Source: Candidatus Saccharimonadia bacterium (GTDB lineage Bacteria; Patescibacteriota; Saccharimonadia; UBA4664). From it: a stretch of DNA of 64,000 nt. Position numbers and translations under genes: made by a program. Each line of letters begins with the position of its first letter. Within the stretch, counting starts at the first letter, position 1. Of the stretch, positions 1 through 9,516 are shown piece by piece. The notes under the pieces were generated by a model, which saw only the letters and a program-made list of their open reading frames with translations, had not been told where the DNA came from and did no database searches. The stretch covers positions 299 to 64,298 of the forward strand of contig DATKIP010000076.1 of assembly GCA_035544015.1 (NCBI GenBank), in the 5' to 3' direction.

Positions 1-845
1 AAGCCCTTTCGACAGCTACAATGAGCCTCGGATTTATTCGTCCGTCTAGCATAGTGGCCTGCGACCACTCCGACTTCAACGGCCTCATGGCCTTCGTCGG
101 TGCCGTCCAAACCCATCGCGGCCGAGCCATTCCCTGCCTGGTCGAAACAACGTACTCGCCGCGTTTGCCGGCGCGCGGCGATGATATACCGATACGCAAG
201 CGAAAACTGCGTCAGGCGTATCGCCAGCAGGGCTACAATCTGTACGACCAAGCCGAAATGGCTCTTGAGGACTTTGCGGACAAGCTCGGATTTTGGCCGC
301 GGCTGGTGTTCGACCGTGGGTTTGGAGGCAAGCACTTCGTGCATACTTTAATGCGACATAAAGCCATATTCTACATCCGGCTCAAGGCTCGACGATTCGT
401 AGATTTCGGAGTAGAGCACGTGCGAGTGAGCGAACTGACCAGCTTAGACGAGCAGGTTCAGCTGGATGGTATGAAGTTGCGGATTGTCCGCAGCGACGAC
501 CCCGAAACGGGTGAACCCTGGTACATTTTGACTTCAGATATGGGCAGCCGGCGGCAGAAAATCGTCCGAATCTACTACCGCCGGTTTGAGATTGAAGAGA
601 CATTTAAGGATCTCAAGCACATCCTCGACCTCGACCAATCCAAGCTCAACCGGCCGCTCAGTCTCAAAGTGGTATTGTGGTTTACAAGTTTGAGCGTGAT
701 TTTGTCATTTCTGGTCGGTTGGTGGACCCGAAAACCAGACAAAACACGACATACCAAGAAGACTCTGTCGTGGTTTCGGCAATTCTTTGAGGCTCTGGAG
801 AGGGAAATGTTGCAACCAGCCTGTCAGGTGATTACGGGAGGGTGA
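1..845 (+). mobile_element. IS4-like (DDE_Tnp_1) transposase, N-terminus probably outside the window
   Basis: DDE-type motifs: ACDHS, LVFDRGF, WYILTS, and YxxRFEIEETFKDLK (YREK-like signature). Confidence 0.85.
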
Positions 846-874
846 GCAAGTGAGGGTGGGTCAGACGAGGGATT

Positions 875-902
875 TTGACAATTGCAGAAATTATATTATT
901 AT
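875..902 (+). promoter_or_regulatory. sigma70-like promoter of the orphan gene at 941
   Basis: TTGACA 875-880, TATTAT 897-902, AT-rich spacer. Confidence 0.6.
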
Positions 903-940
903 AACAAAACGTACGTCCCTACATCGAGATGGAGTGGCAC

Positions 941-1612
941 ATGACCACGAGTACGCGCACCCCCTTATCGCCGGCCGCACTGCGAGTGTGGGGCGACCTG
1001 CTCCGCGCCGCCAACGGCGTCGAGCAGCCGGGCCACGCGGTCTTCCAGAAGCTGCTCGACTTCGGCTTCCAGCCGGCGGACCTGCCGGCCACGATTGGCG
1101 AGTTCGTGGCCAAGGTGGTCGGCGGCGAGCTGGGCCGTGACCTCGGCCCACTGCAGCAGGGTCTGGCCGCCGCCCGGGCCCTCACCCCGGAGGAGCTCAC
1201 CGCCCGCGTCGACGCGCGCCACCAGCGGCAGCTCGAGGACTATCGGCAGCAGCTCACCGAGCTGAACGAGGCCCGGTCCCGGCTGCAGAAAATCACGGCC
1301 GCCGAACCGCCGACCCCCGAGCCGGGCGACCCCACCACGGTCGTGTTCCTGTACACCACCTGGGAGCAGGCGCTCGGGCACGCCCGGGGAATCGTGCGGG
1401 AGCTCGAGGAGGCGCTCCCGGCCTCCGAGCCGGTTCGGCAGAGCGAGGCCGCCTACGAGGAGGCGCTCGTCCACCGGCTGGAGGAGGACCTCCGCGCCAA
1501 CGAGTACCAGAACACCCAGACCGCCATGGGCTGGGCCACGGCCTACCAGAACGCCCTGGCCATCGCAGCCTGGGTCCTCACCCTCAAGCTCGATGACGGC
1601 GGAGCCGACTGA
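941..1612 (+). CDS. hypothetical helical/coiled-coil protein with actinobacteria-like codon usage
   Basis: Long GC3-rich ORF, GGAG upstream of ATG 941, followed by a GC hairpin. Confidence 0.75.
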   Translation: MTTSTRTPLSPAALRVWGDLLRAANGVEQPGHAVFQKLLDFGFQPADLPATIGEFVAKVVGGELGRDLGPLQQGLAAARALTPEELTARVDARHQRQLEDYRQQLTELNEARSRLQKITAAEPPTPEPGDPTTVVFLYTTWEQALGHARGIVRELEEALPASEPVRQSEAAYEEALVHRLEEDLRANEYQNTQTAMGWATAYQNALAIAAWVLTLKLDDGGAD

Positions 1613-1633
1613 ACAACCCATCCTGTCCGCCCT

Positions 1634-1667
1634 AGCGGCGCCTCCCCACACCCGGGGAGGCGCCGCT
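1634..1667 (+). terminator. GC-rich hairpin without U tract
   Basis: Perfect 14-bp inverted repeat AGCGGCGCCTCCCC/GGGGAGGCGCCGCT. Confidence 0.7.
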
Positions 1668-1698
1668 CGACACGTTAAATCCCTGCTACAATAGCCCC

Positions 1699-2256
1699 AT
1701 GATTGCAACTCTGCGTGGCGTCGTCACCGAAAAGCTCGAAACCAGCCTCGTACTCGAAGCGGGCGGCGTCGGCTACGAATTATTCGTCACGGTCGACGAA
1801 TGGGGGAGTGCCGAGCTTGGTGCCGTGGCCACGTATTACATCTCCGAGCAAATTCGCGAAGATGCGCACAATCTCTACGCCTTTAGCGCCCGCGCCTCCA
1901 AGCAACTCTTCGCCCAACTCATCGCCGTCAACGGCGTCGGCCCCAAAGTGGCGCTGCAAATTCTCTCGGCCGCCGGCGAATCGCGCCTTCGCCAAGCCAT
2001 TAACTCCAACGACCCCGCACTGCTCAAGGGCATCACCGGCGTCGGTCCCAAAACCGCCCACCGCGTCATCATGGAGCTGCGCGGTAAAGTAGAGGAGGGG
2101 AGCGCCGGCCTCGCGCCGGTGGCCGACCCCACCTACCAGGGCCTCGTGGCGCTCGGTTACACGCCCGCGCAGGCCACCGCCGCCGTCGCGCAGATTCCCG
2201 CCGACATCTCAGGTGACCAATCCCGCCTCAAAGCCGCCCTCAAGCAGGTCAAATAA
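1699..2256 (+). CDS. ruvA: Holliday junction branch migration protein RuvA
   Basis: MIATLRG, GVGYE, IREDAHNLYAF, VNGVGPKVAL HhH, LVALGY. Confidence 0.97.
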   Translation: MIATLRGVVTEKLETSLVLEAGGVGYELFVTVDEWGSAELGAVATYYISEQIREDAHNLYAFSARASKQLFAQLIAVNGVGPKVALQILSAAGESRLRQAINSNDPALLKGITGVGPKTAHRVIMELRGKVEEGSAGLAPVADPTYQGLVALGYTPAQATAAVAQIPADISGDQSRLKAALKQVK

Positions 2257-2679
2257 ATGCCGGTACCAATCCTCAAAGTCGCCGCCAAAGCCGTCATCCT
2301 AGACCCCGCCGGCCAAGTGCTCATCCTGCGCGAAGGCCCGGCCGGCGACGGCAACACTAATGTCGGCCGCTACCAACTACCCGGCGGCAAGCTCGAACCC
2401 GGCGAGGCCTTCGCCGACGGCTTGGCGCGCGAGATCAAAGAGGAGACCGGCCTCACCGTCGAGGTCATCCGGCCGCTGCATGTCGGCGAGTGGCGGCCGC
2501 ATGTCCATGGCCAAACCCTGCAGATTGTTGGTATATTTATGCTCTGCCGCACCGAGGTTACAGACATTACCCTCAGCGACGAACACGACGATCATCAATG
2601 GATCGATCCCGCCCAGCGTCACCATTACGACCTCATGCCCCCGGAAGACGCCGTGATCGATCAGCTTATATCAGAATAG
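2257..2679 (+). CDS. NUDIX hydrolase (MutT-like)
   Basis: Nudix box GGKLEPGEAFADGLAREIKEETGL. Confidence 0.92.
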   Translation: MPVPILKVAAKAVILDPAGQVLILREGPAGDGNTNVGRYQLPGGKLEPGEAFADGLAREIKEETGLTVEVIRPLHVGEWRPHVHGQTLQIVGIFMLCRTEVTDITLSDEHDDHQWIDPAQRHHYDLMPPEDAVIDQLISE

Positions 2680-2716
2680 ACGCCAGCTACCCCCGTACGG
2701 TACGCTAAACACACCC

Positions 2717-3442
2717 ATGTCACCCAAGCCATCAGCCCCCAACCCTAGCGCCCGCCGCCTCCTCGACGCCCTCAGTATCGTCGCCAATGTTTCGGCTGTC
2801 GTCGGCGTGTTTCAGAACAAGTCGCATATCATTATCATTATCGCCGCCTCCCTGGCGCTTGCGACCGGCGCATACCTGCTGATCGGGCGCTGGGGCAAGC
2901 CGCTCGGTCGCCAAGCCGCCTTCGTCATCCTCATGATGCTCGCGGGCAGTTCCACGCTGGCCGTCTCCATCGACCGCCTCGTTCTCGGCACGCCGTCTCA
3001 GCCCATTTTCGGCCCCCCAGCGAGCCCCACGCCGTCGGTCGCTCCCAGTTCTTCCCCCAGTCCCACGCCCAAACCCCTCTTCAGCGGCGCCATCACGCTC
3101 ACTAGCGGAGACGCCATCGACCTCGAAGCCGGCGGACGGATCACGCCCAATCAATCCCTCGCCACCGGCTCAAATGACCTATTCCTCAATGACACCAACG
3201 GCCTCGCCGCCAACGCCGACCACGCCGACTTTTACAGCGCGACCAACACATCCGAAAGCGAGGCCTATGCCCGCTGTGTATATCTCATTACCAACGACAA
3301 ATACCGTTCACTTGGTGCGTATTATGTGAGCGCCAACGACCAATATTGTTTCAAAACCTCCGACGGCCACATCGCCTGGTTTCGCAGCGTTCAGTCCGAA
3401 ACCCACAAGAAAGTTTTGAGCATTCGCGTTTGGGATAAATAA
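2717..3442 (+). CDS. membrane protein with Pro/Ser linker and C-terminal extracellular Cys-containing domain
   Basis: Three N-terminal hydrophobic segments, PSPTP linker, IDL...DL...C...YCFKTSDG...IRVW. Confidence 0.7.
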   Translation: MSPKPSAPNPSARRLLDALSIVANVSAVVGVFQNKSHIIIIIAASLALATGAYLLIGRWGKPLGRQAAFVILMMLAGSSTLAVSIDRLVLGTPSQPIFGPPASPTPSVAPSSSPSPTPKPLFSGAITLTSGDAIDLEAGGRITPNQSLATGSNDLFLNDTNGLAANADHADFYSATNTSESEAYARCVYLITNDKYRSLGAYYVSANDQYCFKTSDGHIAWFRSVQSETHKKVLSIRVWDK

Positions 3443-3534
3443 TCCGGCCCCACCCACCCGTTGCATATTCGCTTTTTGTTCGGTATAATGGACTCAGTCC
3501 ATAAGATATACTGACATTCAGAAGGGGTAGAAAT

Positions 3535-3783
3535 ATGTCTCTCACACGCGAAGACCTAGGCCAAATCCAAACCATCATCAACGATGCCACCAAGGGGCTG
3601 GCAACGCGAGAAGAGCTCAAGGCAGTCACTGCAAAGCTGGCTACCAAAGCCGATTTGAGGATAGAGCTCGATCGCATGGAGTCTCGGATCACCACTAGTA
3701 TGGGCTTGCTCGAACGCGACACCCTGAGCCGCCTCGACCAGCACGAAGCCCGCATCGCCCGACTGGAGCAGGCGCGCAGCTAG
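3535..3783 (+). CDS. small coiled-coil protein with ATKxDL-type repeats
   Basis: Own promoter TTGCAT-17-TATAAT, AAGGGG RBS, ATREEL/ATKADL repeats. Confidence 0.75.
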   Translation: MSLTREDLGQIQTIINDATKGLATREELKAVTAKLATKADLRIELDRMESRITTSMGLLERDTLSRLDQHEARIARLEQARS

Positions 3784-3886
3784 CCCCGCGCCACGCCAGG
3801 AATCTTCAACGCATCCCACTATCGATAGTAACCCGGTTTTTGGTAAGGTAATTTTGCGTAGTCATCCGAGTCCTGTAGGAGGACGC

Positions 3887-4624
3887 ATGTCAGTAGGTCT
3901 GCTCGAACGCCCGGGTCCGGACGCCCTCCCGCGTCCCGAGACCTGGGCGGAATGGCTCACCGATCGCGCCGCCCGGCTCGAGGACTTTCTGCGCCGGCGC
4001 TCCGAGGAGCTGTTCGTCGGCGATCAGTTCGTCGCCCTGTGGCTCCCGGCTCGCCCGGGAATCACCTTCCACTACAAGTCCCGAGCCACGCTCGACCGGT
4101 TCAAGGAGGCGCCAGCCCCGCGGGCGGTCATCGCGGCCCATCGCCAGCAGTACGGCCTCACCGAGGCGGCCGCCCAGCTCCACTGGCGCGAGCTCATGCG
4201 CTACTTCGCCCTGGGCACCGTGTTCTCGTTCCCCTTCGGCATGACCTCGGAGGTGATCGACCACATCTGGCACGAGCTAGTGGAGCGCGACAACCACGGC
4301 GCGTGGGCTCGACAGGTCAGCCGCGTCGGCATCGGCCACCAACCCAGTGGCTCCGGCGACCCCGACCTCAACACCGACGGGCTCTTCCGGCTGGCCTACC
4401 GGCTGACCTTCAAGGAGGAGGCGCCGCATCACCTCTGGCCGCGCGATGGAGCATCATCGTGCTTCTTCTGTCCCAGCCCGGACGAGCCGGCGCCGCCTCG
4501 GCGACCGATCGAACCAGCTCCCTGGCCGTCGCAGTCGGCCGGCGAGGCGCTCTGCGGTCGCGTAAGCCGCGGGCTGACCAATGACTGGTGGCGGCACGTT
4601 CCGCCGCTTTCGGCCACGGCCTAG
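3887..4624 (+). CDS. glycine-rich-domain (GRDP/DUF1399-like) protein with actinobacteria-like codon usage
   Basis: AGGAGG RBS before ATG 3887; ELMRYFAL...SEVIDHIWHELV...HQP...LWP motif order. Confidence 0.6.
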   Translation: MSVGLLERPGPDALPRPETWAEWLTDRAARLEDFLRRRSEELFVGDQFVALWLPARPGITFHYKSRATLDRFKEAPAPRAVIAAHRQQYGLTEAAAQLHWRELMRYFALGTVFSFPFGMTSEVIDHIWHELVERDNHGAWARQVSRVGIGHQPSGSGDPDLNTDGLFRLAYRLTFKEEAPHHLWPRDGASSCFFCPSPDEPAPPRRPIEPAPWPSQSAGEALCGRVSRGLTNDWWRHVPPLSATA

Positions 4625-4630
4625 CCCATG

Positions 4631-4661
4631 CGGCCCGGCCCCTCGAGTGGGGGCCGGGCCG
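4631..4661 (+). terminator. GC-rich hairpin without U tract
   Basis: Perfect 12-bp inverted repeat CGGCCCGGCCCC/GGGGCCGGGCCG. Confidence 0.7.
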
Positions 4662-4735
4662 TAAAACCAACAAAATCACCAATCTCCTGCGGCGACCCCG
4701 GCCCCCAGATCGCTCGCGCCTGATACAATACTGGT

Positions 4736-5755
4736 ATGATCGAGCGCATCGTCAATCCCGAAGTCCCCGAATCGCCCGCGGCCGAGGCCGAAGAGCGGAC
4801 GCTCGAGACGTTGCGCCCCAAGTCCTTCGCCGCCTACGTGGGCCAAAACCTGCTCAAGCAAAACCTCAAACTCGCCATCGACGCCGCCAAGCACCGGGGC
4901 GAGCCGGTCGACCACATCCTGCTCTACGGCCCGCCCGGCCTCGGCAAAACCACCATGGCCGGCGTCATCGCCACCGAGCTGGGCGCCAATCTGCGCGTCA
5001 CGAGCGGCCCCGCCATCGAGCGCGCCGGCGACCTCGCCAGCCTCCTCACCAACCTGGCCGACGGCGATGTGCTGTTCATCGACGAGATCCACCGCCTCCC
5101 CAAAACCGTCGAAGAAGTGATGTACCCCGCCATGGAAGACTTCGGCCTCGACGTCATGCTCGGCAAGGGCCCGTCCGCCAAATCCATTCGCCTCGACCTC
5201 CCGCGCTTCACCATCATCGGCGCCACCACCCGCGCCGGCGCCCTCAGCGCCCCCCTGCGCGACCGTTTCGGCCATGTCCACCGGCTCGAGTACTACTCGC
5301 CACCCGAAATGATCGAGGTCATCGAGCGCGCCGCCGGCATCCTAGGCGTCAAGCTGGCTCGCGACGCCTCCGAAGAAATCTCCACCCGCGCCCGCCTCAC
5401 CCCGCGTATCGCCAATCGCCTCCTCAAGCGCGTGCGCGACTACGCGCAGGTCAACCAGGTCGACACTATCACGCGCAAAGAGGCCCGCGCCGCCCTCCAC
5501 CTCCTCGAAATTGATGACCTCGGCCTCGACAACGCCGACCGCCAGCTCCTCCAGGCCATCATCACCCACTACGCCGGCGGCCCGGTCGGCCTCACCACGC
5601 TAGCCGCCATCTGCTCCGAGGAAGCCACCACCATCGAGGACGTCTACGAACCCTACCTCATGCAAATCGGCATGCTTGAGCGCACCTCGCGCGGCCGCCG
5701 TGTCACCCCCAAAGCTTACACGCACCTCGGCCTCACCCCGCCGGCCGCACCGTGA
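4736..5755 (+). CDS. ruvB: Holliday junction branch migration helicase RuvB
   Basis: [42 protein letters not shown]. Confidence 0.98.
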   Translation: MIERIVNPEVPESPAAEAEERTLETLRPKSFAAYVGQNLLKQNLKLAIDAAKHRGEPVDHILLYGPPGLGKTTMAGVIATELGANLRVTSGPAIERAGDLASLLTNLADGDVLFIDEIHRLPKTVEEVMYPAMEDFGLDVMLGKGPSAKSIRLDLPRFTIIGATTRAGALSAPLRDRFGHVHRLEYYSPPEMIEVIERAAGILGVKLARDASEEISTRARLTPRIANRLLKRVRDYAQVNQVDTITRKEARAALHLLEIDDLGLDNADRQLLQAIITHYAGGPVGLTTLAAICSEEATTIEDVYEPYLMQIGMLERTSRGRRVTPKAYTHLGLTPPAAP

Positions 5756-6333
5756 AGCTCAAAAACGTCGAGTCAATCGCAAAATACGGCGGCATCATCG
5801 CCGTAGTATTTGAATGGTCGGCCTTGCTGTCTTTCTATCTCAGCCAACCGTCGGCTTTCAACGGTGCGCACCCCATCAGCTACTTCGCCTCATTACCGCA
5901 GACAAGATTCATCTTTAGTCTCTGTTACTGCGTTGCTGCCCTAAGCTTCTGGGTTTTTACCAAATACCATCTCAATAAATATTTGCAGACGCCCGTTAGA
6001 TTATTCACGGTGTCCATGCTCGGTTTTGCCGCCGTAGCTCTGTTGCCGTTCAATCCTGATAGCCGACTCTTAATGGGTCTACATAATTTCGCATTTCTCA
6101 TATTCGCAACCACATTCCTGGCCGGCATGTATCTAATGGCAAAACGTAGTAAAGATCGAGTATTTAGTACGGTGTCATTCGCACTTATAGCGTTGGGCTG
6201 CCTCTTGCTCGCGACGTTCGCGACGCTGCAAAGTACTTCGTTTGTCTTAATGAGTGAAGTTGGATGGGGGCTCGTCTGCCAATTATGGATATTATGGGTA
6301 AGTTACCATAGCTACCGGCTCGGACCTCGCTAA
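5752..6333 (+). CDS. multi-pass membrane protein (DUF998-like)
   Basis: About 6 hydrophobic helices; lower GC than neighbours. Confidence 0.6.
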   Translation: MKLKNVESIAKYGGIIAVVFEWSALLSFYLSQPSAFNGAHPISYFASLPQTRFIFSLCYCVAALSFWVFTKYHLNKYLQTPVRLFTVSMLGFAAVALLPFNPDSRLLMGLHNFAFLIFATTFLAGMYLMAKRSKDRVFSTVSFALIALGCLLLATFATLQSTSFVLMSEVGWGLVCQLWILWVSYHSYRLGPR

Positions 6334-6421
6334 CCCCCAACTCTCACGCCCGACCCTCACCGCGCACCCCAAACATTCGCCAAAATCTCGCTTCACCTGT
6401 ATCCTTCAGCCAGGAGCTCCA

Positions 6422-6850
6422 ATGAAGATCGACCACATCAACATCGTTGTCCGAGACCTCGATACCGCAGCAGATTTCTTCGCGGATATTGGCTTTGAGG
6501 TCATCAAACGAGACCAGCTCGAGGGACAGTGGATCGATCAAATAGTCGACTTGCGGGGCGTCAAAGCCGAGTTTATCGCCATGGCAATCCCCGGCGCCGA
6601 AACCAAGCTTGAGCTTATCCGCTACGACGCCCCGGCCGGGACCGGCGATCCTCTCATCGGCCAAGCCAATCAAATCGGACTCAGGCACCTGGCCTTCGAA
6701 GTAAAGGGCATCGAGGGCATAGTAGCGAAGCTTAAGTCGAAAAACGTGACATTCCTAAGTGATATCCAGGTCTATAACGTCACCAAAAAACTGTGCTATT
6801 TTTACGGACCGGAAGGTATTTTGCTCGAACTGGCAGAGTATTCCAAATAA
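6422..6850 (+). CDS. VOC/glyoxalase family protein
   Basis: IDHINIVV, LELIRY, LRHLAFEV, GPEGILLELAE. Confidence 0.92.
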   Translation: MKIDHINIVVRDLDTAADFFADIGFEVIKRDQLEGQWIDQIVDLRGVKAEFIAMAIPGAETKLELIRYDAPAGTGDPLIGQANQIGLRHLAFEVKGIEGIVAKLKSKNVTFLSDIQVYNVTKKLCYFYGPEGILLELAEYSK

Positions 6851-6852
6851 GT

Positions 6853-7044
6853 ATGAGCAAACCCACCCTTACCCAAAACCTCGCCCATGCCGAAGCCATC
6901 AAGCGCGAGATGACAGAGCTGTTGCGCGAGCTCGAATCCCGCGCGACTGGCAAATCAGTGCCCGGCAAACCTGGCGGCTGGCGCCACCATCCCGTCGAGT
7001 GGGCGGCCCAAAACCTGTCCCAAACCCCGGTACCGCCTACTTAA
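6853..7044 (+). CDS. small hypothetical protein
   Basis: ATG 2 nt after the VOC stop; host-like codon usage. Confidence 0.45.
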   Translation: MSKPTLTQNLAHAEAIKREMTELLRELESRATGKSVPGKPGGWRHHPVEWAAQNLSQTPVPPT

Positions 7045-7324
7045 ACGGGTCGCTCTTGCCCAGATCGCCCACCGGCACGCCACCCTCCACCACATCCAGG
7101 CTCTTCACCGCGTCAATCGTCGCCTTGTCGAACACCACCTTCGTCGCCGGATTGGCCGTAGCCACCGGAGTAGGGTCGGGGCCAACATTGAGGGCCGCAT
7201 TCAGCACGTATGCGGTATACGCAAACACCCCCACCAGCGCCAGCCCAAAGATGTACGGCTGCAGCCGCCGCACGATCGGCAGCCACTTCTTAAAATCCAA
7301 ATCGAGCTTAAGGTTCATGTTCAT
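7037..7324 (-). CDS. small membrane-anchored pilus accessory protein (PilP position)
   Basis: Single TM, ends GKSDPF, follows pilO. Confidence 0.65.
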   Translation of the reverse strand: MNMNLKLDLDFKKWLPIVRRLQPYIFGLALVGVFAYTAYVLNAALNVGPDPTPVATANPATKVVFDKATIDAVKSLDVVEGGVPVGDLGKSDPFK

Positions 7325-7875
7325 GGCTTTATATAGGCATTAAGTGCAATCGCGTACACGATCGGTTTTGATTTATCAGGCCGGCTAATGGCGAGGTTGG
7401 TGATGTTGGTGAAACGGTTGAGTTTCTCAACCTTGGCCGTAAAATTCTGCAATTGATCGTACGACCCCGACAGCTGAAAACTAATCGGCAGCGCCAGCAC
7501 CGTCCCGCTCTTCACCGTCTGCGAAGTCCCGGTGGGCAGACCCACGGGGCTGGGCATATTCACACTCGCAATCGCCAGCCCCTGCTGGGCCGCGATGTTT
7601 TGCAGCTGAGCCAAAATCTCGGTTTGCTTCTTGTCGCGCGGCAAGGCTTCGTCAAGCAGCGACAAAATCGGCACAATGTCGCGGTCGTATTGGCGTTTAA
7701 GCCGGCTGAGCGTCTCGATCTGCCGATCGGCGTCGGCCTGCGCCGCCAATCCCACCGAAAGTTGCTGCGAGCTAGCCGTCACTTGCTGCAAAGCAAAGTA
7801 GTAGCCCACCCCGGCCAGCAGCACCGTCCCGCCAAAAACCCCGAGCAATACCAAGAAAAACTGCTTCGGTTTCAT
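7321..7875 (-). CDS. pilO: type IV pilus assembly protein PilO
   Basis: N-terminal TM, coiled coil, ALP, GSYDQLQNF..VEKLNR; synteny. Confidence 0.85.
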   Translation of the reverse strand: MKPKQFFLVLLGVFGGTVLLAGVGYYFALQQVTASSQQLSVGLAAQADADRQIETLSRLKRQYDRDIVPILSLLDEALPRDKKQTEILAQLQNIAAQQGLAIASVNMPSPVGLPTGTSQTVKSGTVLALPISFQLSGSYDQLQNFTAKVEKLNRFTNITNLAISRPDKSKPIVYAIALNAYIKP

Positions 7876-8417
7876 TTGGCTTGCCCCGGCTTAAACGCCA
7901 CCACCACACTGGTCTGATAACTGCCGCTGGTGTTGGAGCTGATCGTTTCCAGGTCGGCGTTGGCGATCCGCGGCGAGGTGATGAGCGCGTTGCGAAACGC
8001 CAGCGCGCCGGCGTAGCTGGCCGCCGTCACCGTGATCCGCACCGCCGTCTTGTCGTCGCCCGTGAGCGTCATGCTGTCGATCGACACCCCCTGCGGCACC
8101 ACCTTGGCGATATCCGCCACCACCGACGAAAACCGCGTCTGGCTCACCTGCACGTACTTGATCGCCGCCAGCCGGTCGCTCGCGTCCTTGGCCTTGGGCG
8201 TGAAGGTCTTGTTGAGAGCCGCAATCGTGGCCTGCTTTTCGGCCACATCATTCGCCACGGCGGTAGTTTGCTGGTGGAGCAGGTAGAGGCTGCCCGCAAA
8301 GATTACCCCGAGCACCACCGCCACCGCCACCGATGTCCGCACATACACAATTGCAATCCGGTTGAGCTTGGCGTAGCGAATCTGCTCTTTTTGATCGGGC
8401 GGCAAGAGGTTGATCAC
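7872..8417 (-). CDS. pilN: type IV pilus assembly protein PilN
   Basis: MINLLP motif, TM, coiled coil. Confidence 0.9.
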   Translation of the reverse strand: MINLLPPDQKEQIRYAKLNRIAIVYVRTSVAVAVVLGVIFAGSLYLLHQQTTAVANDVAEKQATIAALNKTFTPKAKDASDRLAAIKYVQVSQTRFSSVVADIAKVVPQGVSIDSMTLTGDDKTAVRITVTAASYAGALAFRNALITSPRIANADLETISSNTSGSYQTSVVVAFKPGQAK

Positions 8418-9469
8418 AGCTTGCCCTCCAGCCGCGCCAGCCCGATCGCCGAGGTGTACATGGGCGCGTCATACTTCGATACCGGCTCCACATGCTTCAT
8501 ATCGAGGCCCATCCACGGATCGGCCAGCACCACCGGCACGTTAATTTCCGCCGCCATATACTCCAAAAATCCCGGCATGCTGGCGCTGCCGCCGCCCACG
8601 ATGATCGCCTCAATCTTGCGCTTCTGAGCACCCCGGTCCTGGTAAAACTTCATCACCCGCCGCATCTCGTCGCACATCTTCTTCAGCGGCACGCCCAGAC
8701 TGGCCATCACTTTGGGCTGCAGTCCCGACGGCCCCAGCCCAAATTTATATTTAATTTCATTGGCCTGCTCGCGGCCCACTCCCAGGTCCTTCACGAGCTG
8801 CTGGGTGAGGCTGTCGCCCCCCAGTGGCACCGTATCGGTCAGCCGGATCACCTTGTCGTGCACCGTCAGGTCGATCGAGGTCGAGCCGATGTCGGCCACC
8901 AGCGTCGGCTTGCCCAGCTGCGTCGAGGCCACGATCGCGCGCGTCGTGGCTGCCATACTCGAATCTACCAGCGCCACCTCCAGCCCCAGCAGATCAAACA
9001 ATTTGATGTAGCTATCCACGATCGCCCGCGGCGCCGCTACCATCAGCACCTCATTGCGCTCGGCGCCCGCTTCGATCGTTTCGTAGTCGATGTAGAGGTC
9101 GGGCAGCGGCACCGGAATGTACTGCTCCGCCTCCAACCGCACCGCCTGCCCCAAATCCGCCGGGTTCATCGGCGGCAGCTCTAGCACGCGTGTAAACACT
9201 TTGGCCACCGGCAAGCTAGCCGCCACCCGCGTGGCCGTGATTTGGCCGTAGGTGGTTTTCTTGAGCAACGGCTTGATCGCTTTCACGATCTCCTGGGGGT
9301 CCACCACAATGCCTTCCACGATCGCGTCATCGGGGAATTGCGCGTAGCCGTAGCCCATCACCTCCATCGTTTTGCCGCTGGGCCGCAGCTGAATCATCTT
9401 GGCCGTGCGCGTTCCCAGATCAAACCCGAAAATCGGCCGTTCCCGGTACACCAAGGGCACCCGCATCAT
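8414..9469 (-). CDS. pilM: type IV pilus assembly ATPase-fold protein PilM
   Basis: GFDLG, EAEQYIP, VADIGSTS, IVGGGSA, AIGLA. Confidence 0.95.
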   Translation of the reverse strand: MMRVPLVYRERPIFGFDLGTRTAKMIQLRPSGKTMEVMGYGYAQFPDDAIVEGIVVDPQEIVKAIKPLLKKTTYGQITATRVAASLPVAKVFTRVLELPPMNPADLGQAVRLEAEQYIPVPLPDLYIDYETIEAGAERNEVLMVAAPRAIVDSYIKLFDLLGLEVALVDSSMAATTRAIVASTQLGKPTLVADIGSTSIDLTVHDKVIRLTDTVPLGGDSLTQQLVKDLGVGREQANEIKYKFGLGPSGLQPKVMASLGVPLKKMCDEMRRVMKFYQDRGAQKRKIEAIIVGGGSASMPGFLEYMAAEINVPVVLADPWMGLDMKHVEPVSKYDAPMYTSAIGLARLEGKL

Positions 9470-9516
9470 ACTGATATAACCATAGCCATTATGCGTATTG
9501 TATCACTTTGCCCTTG

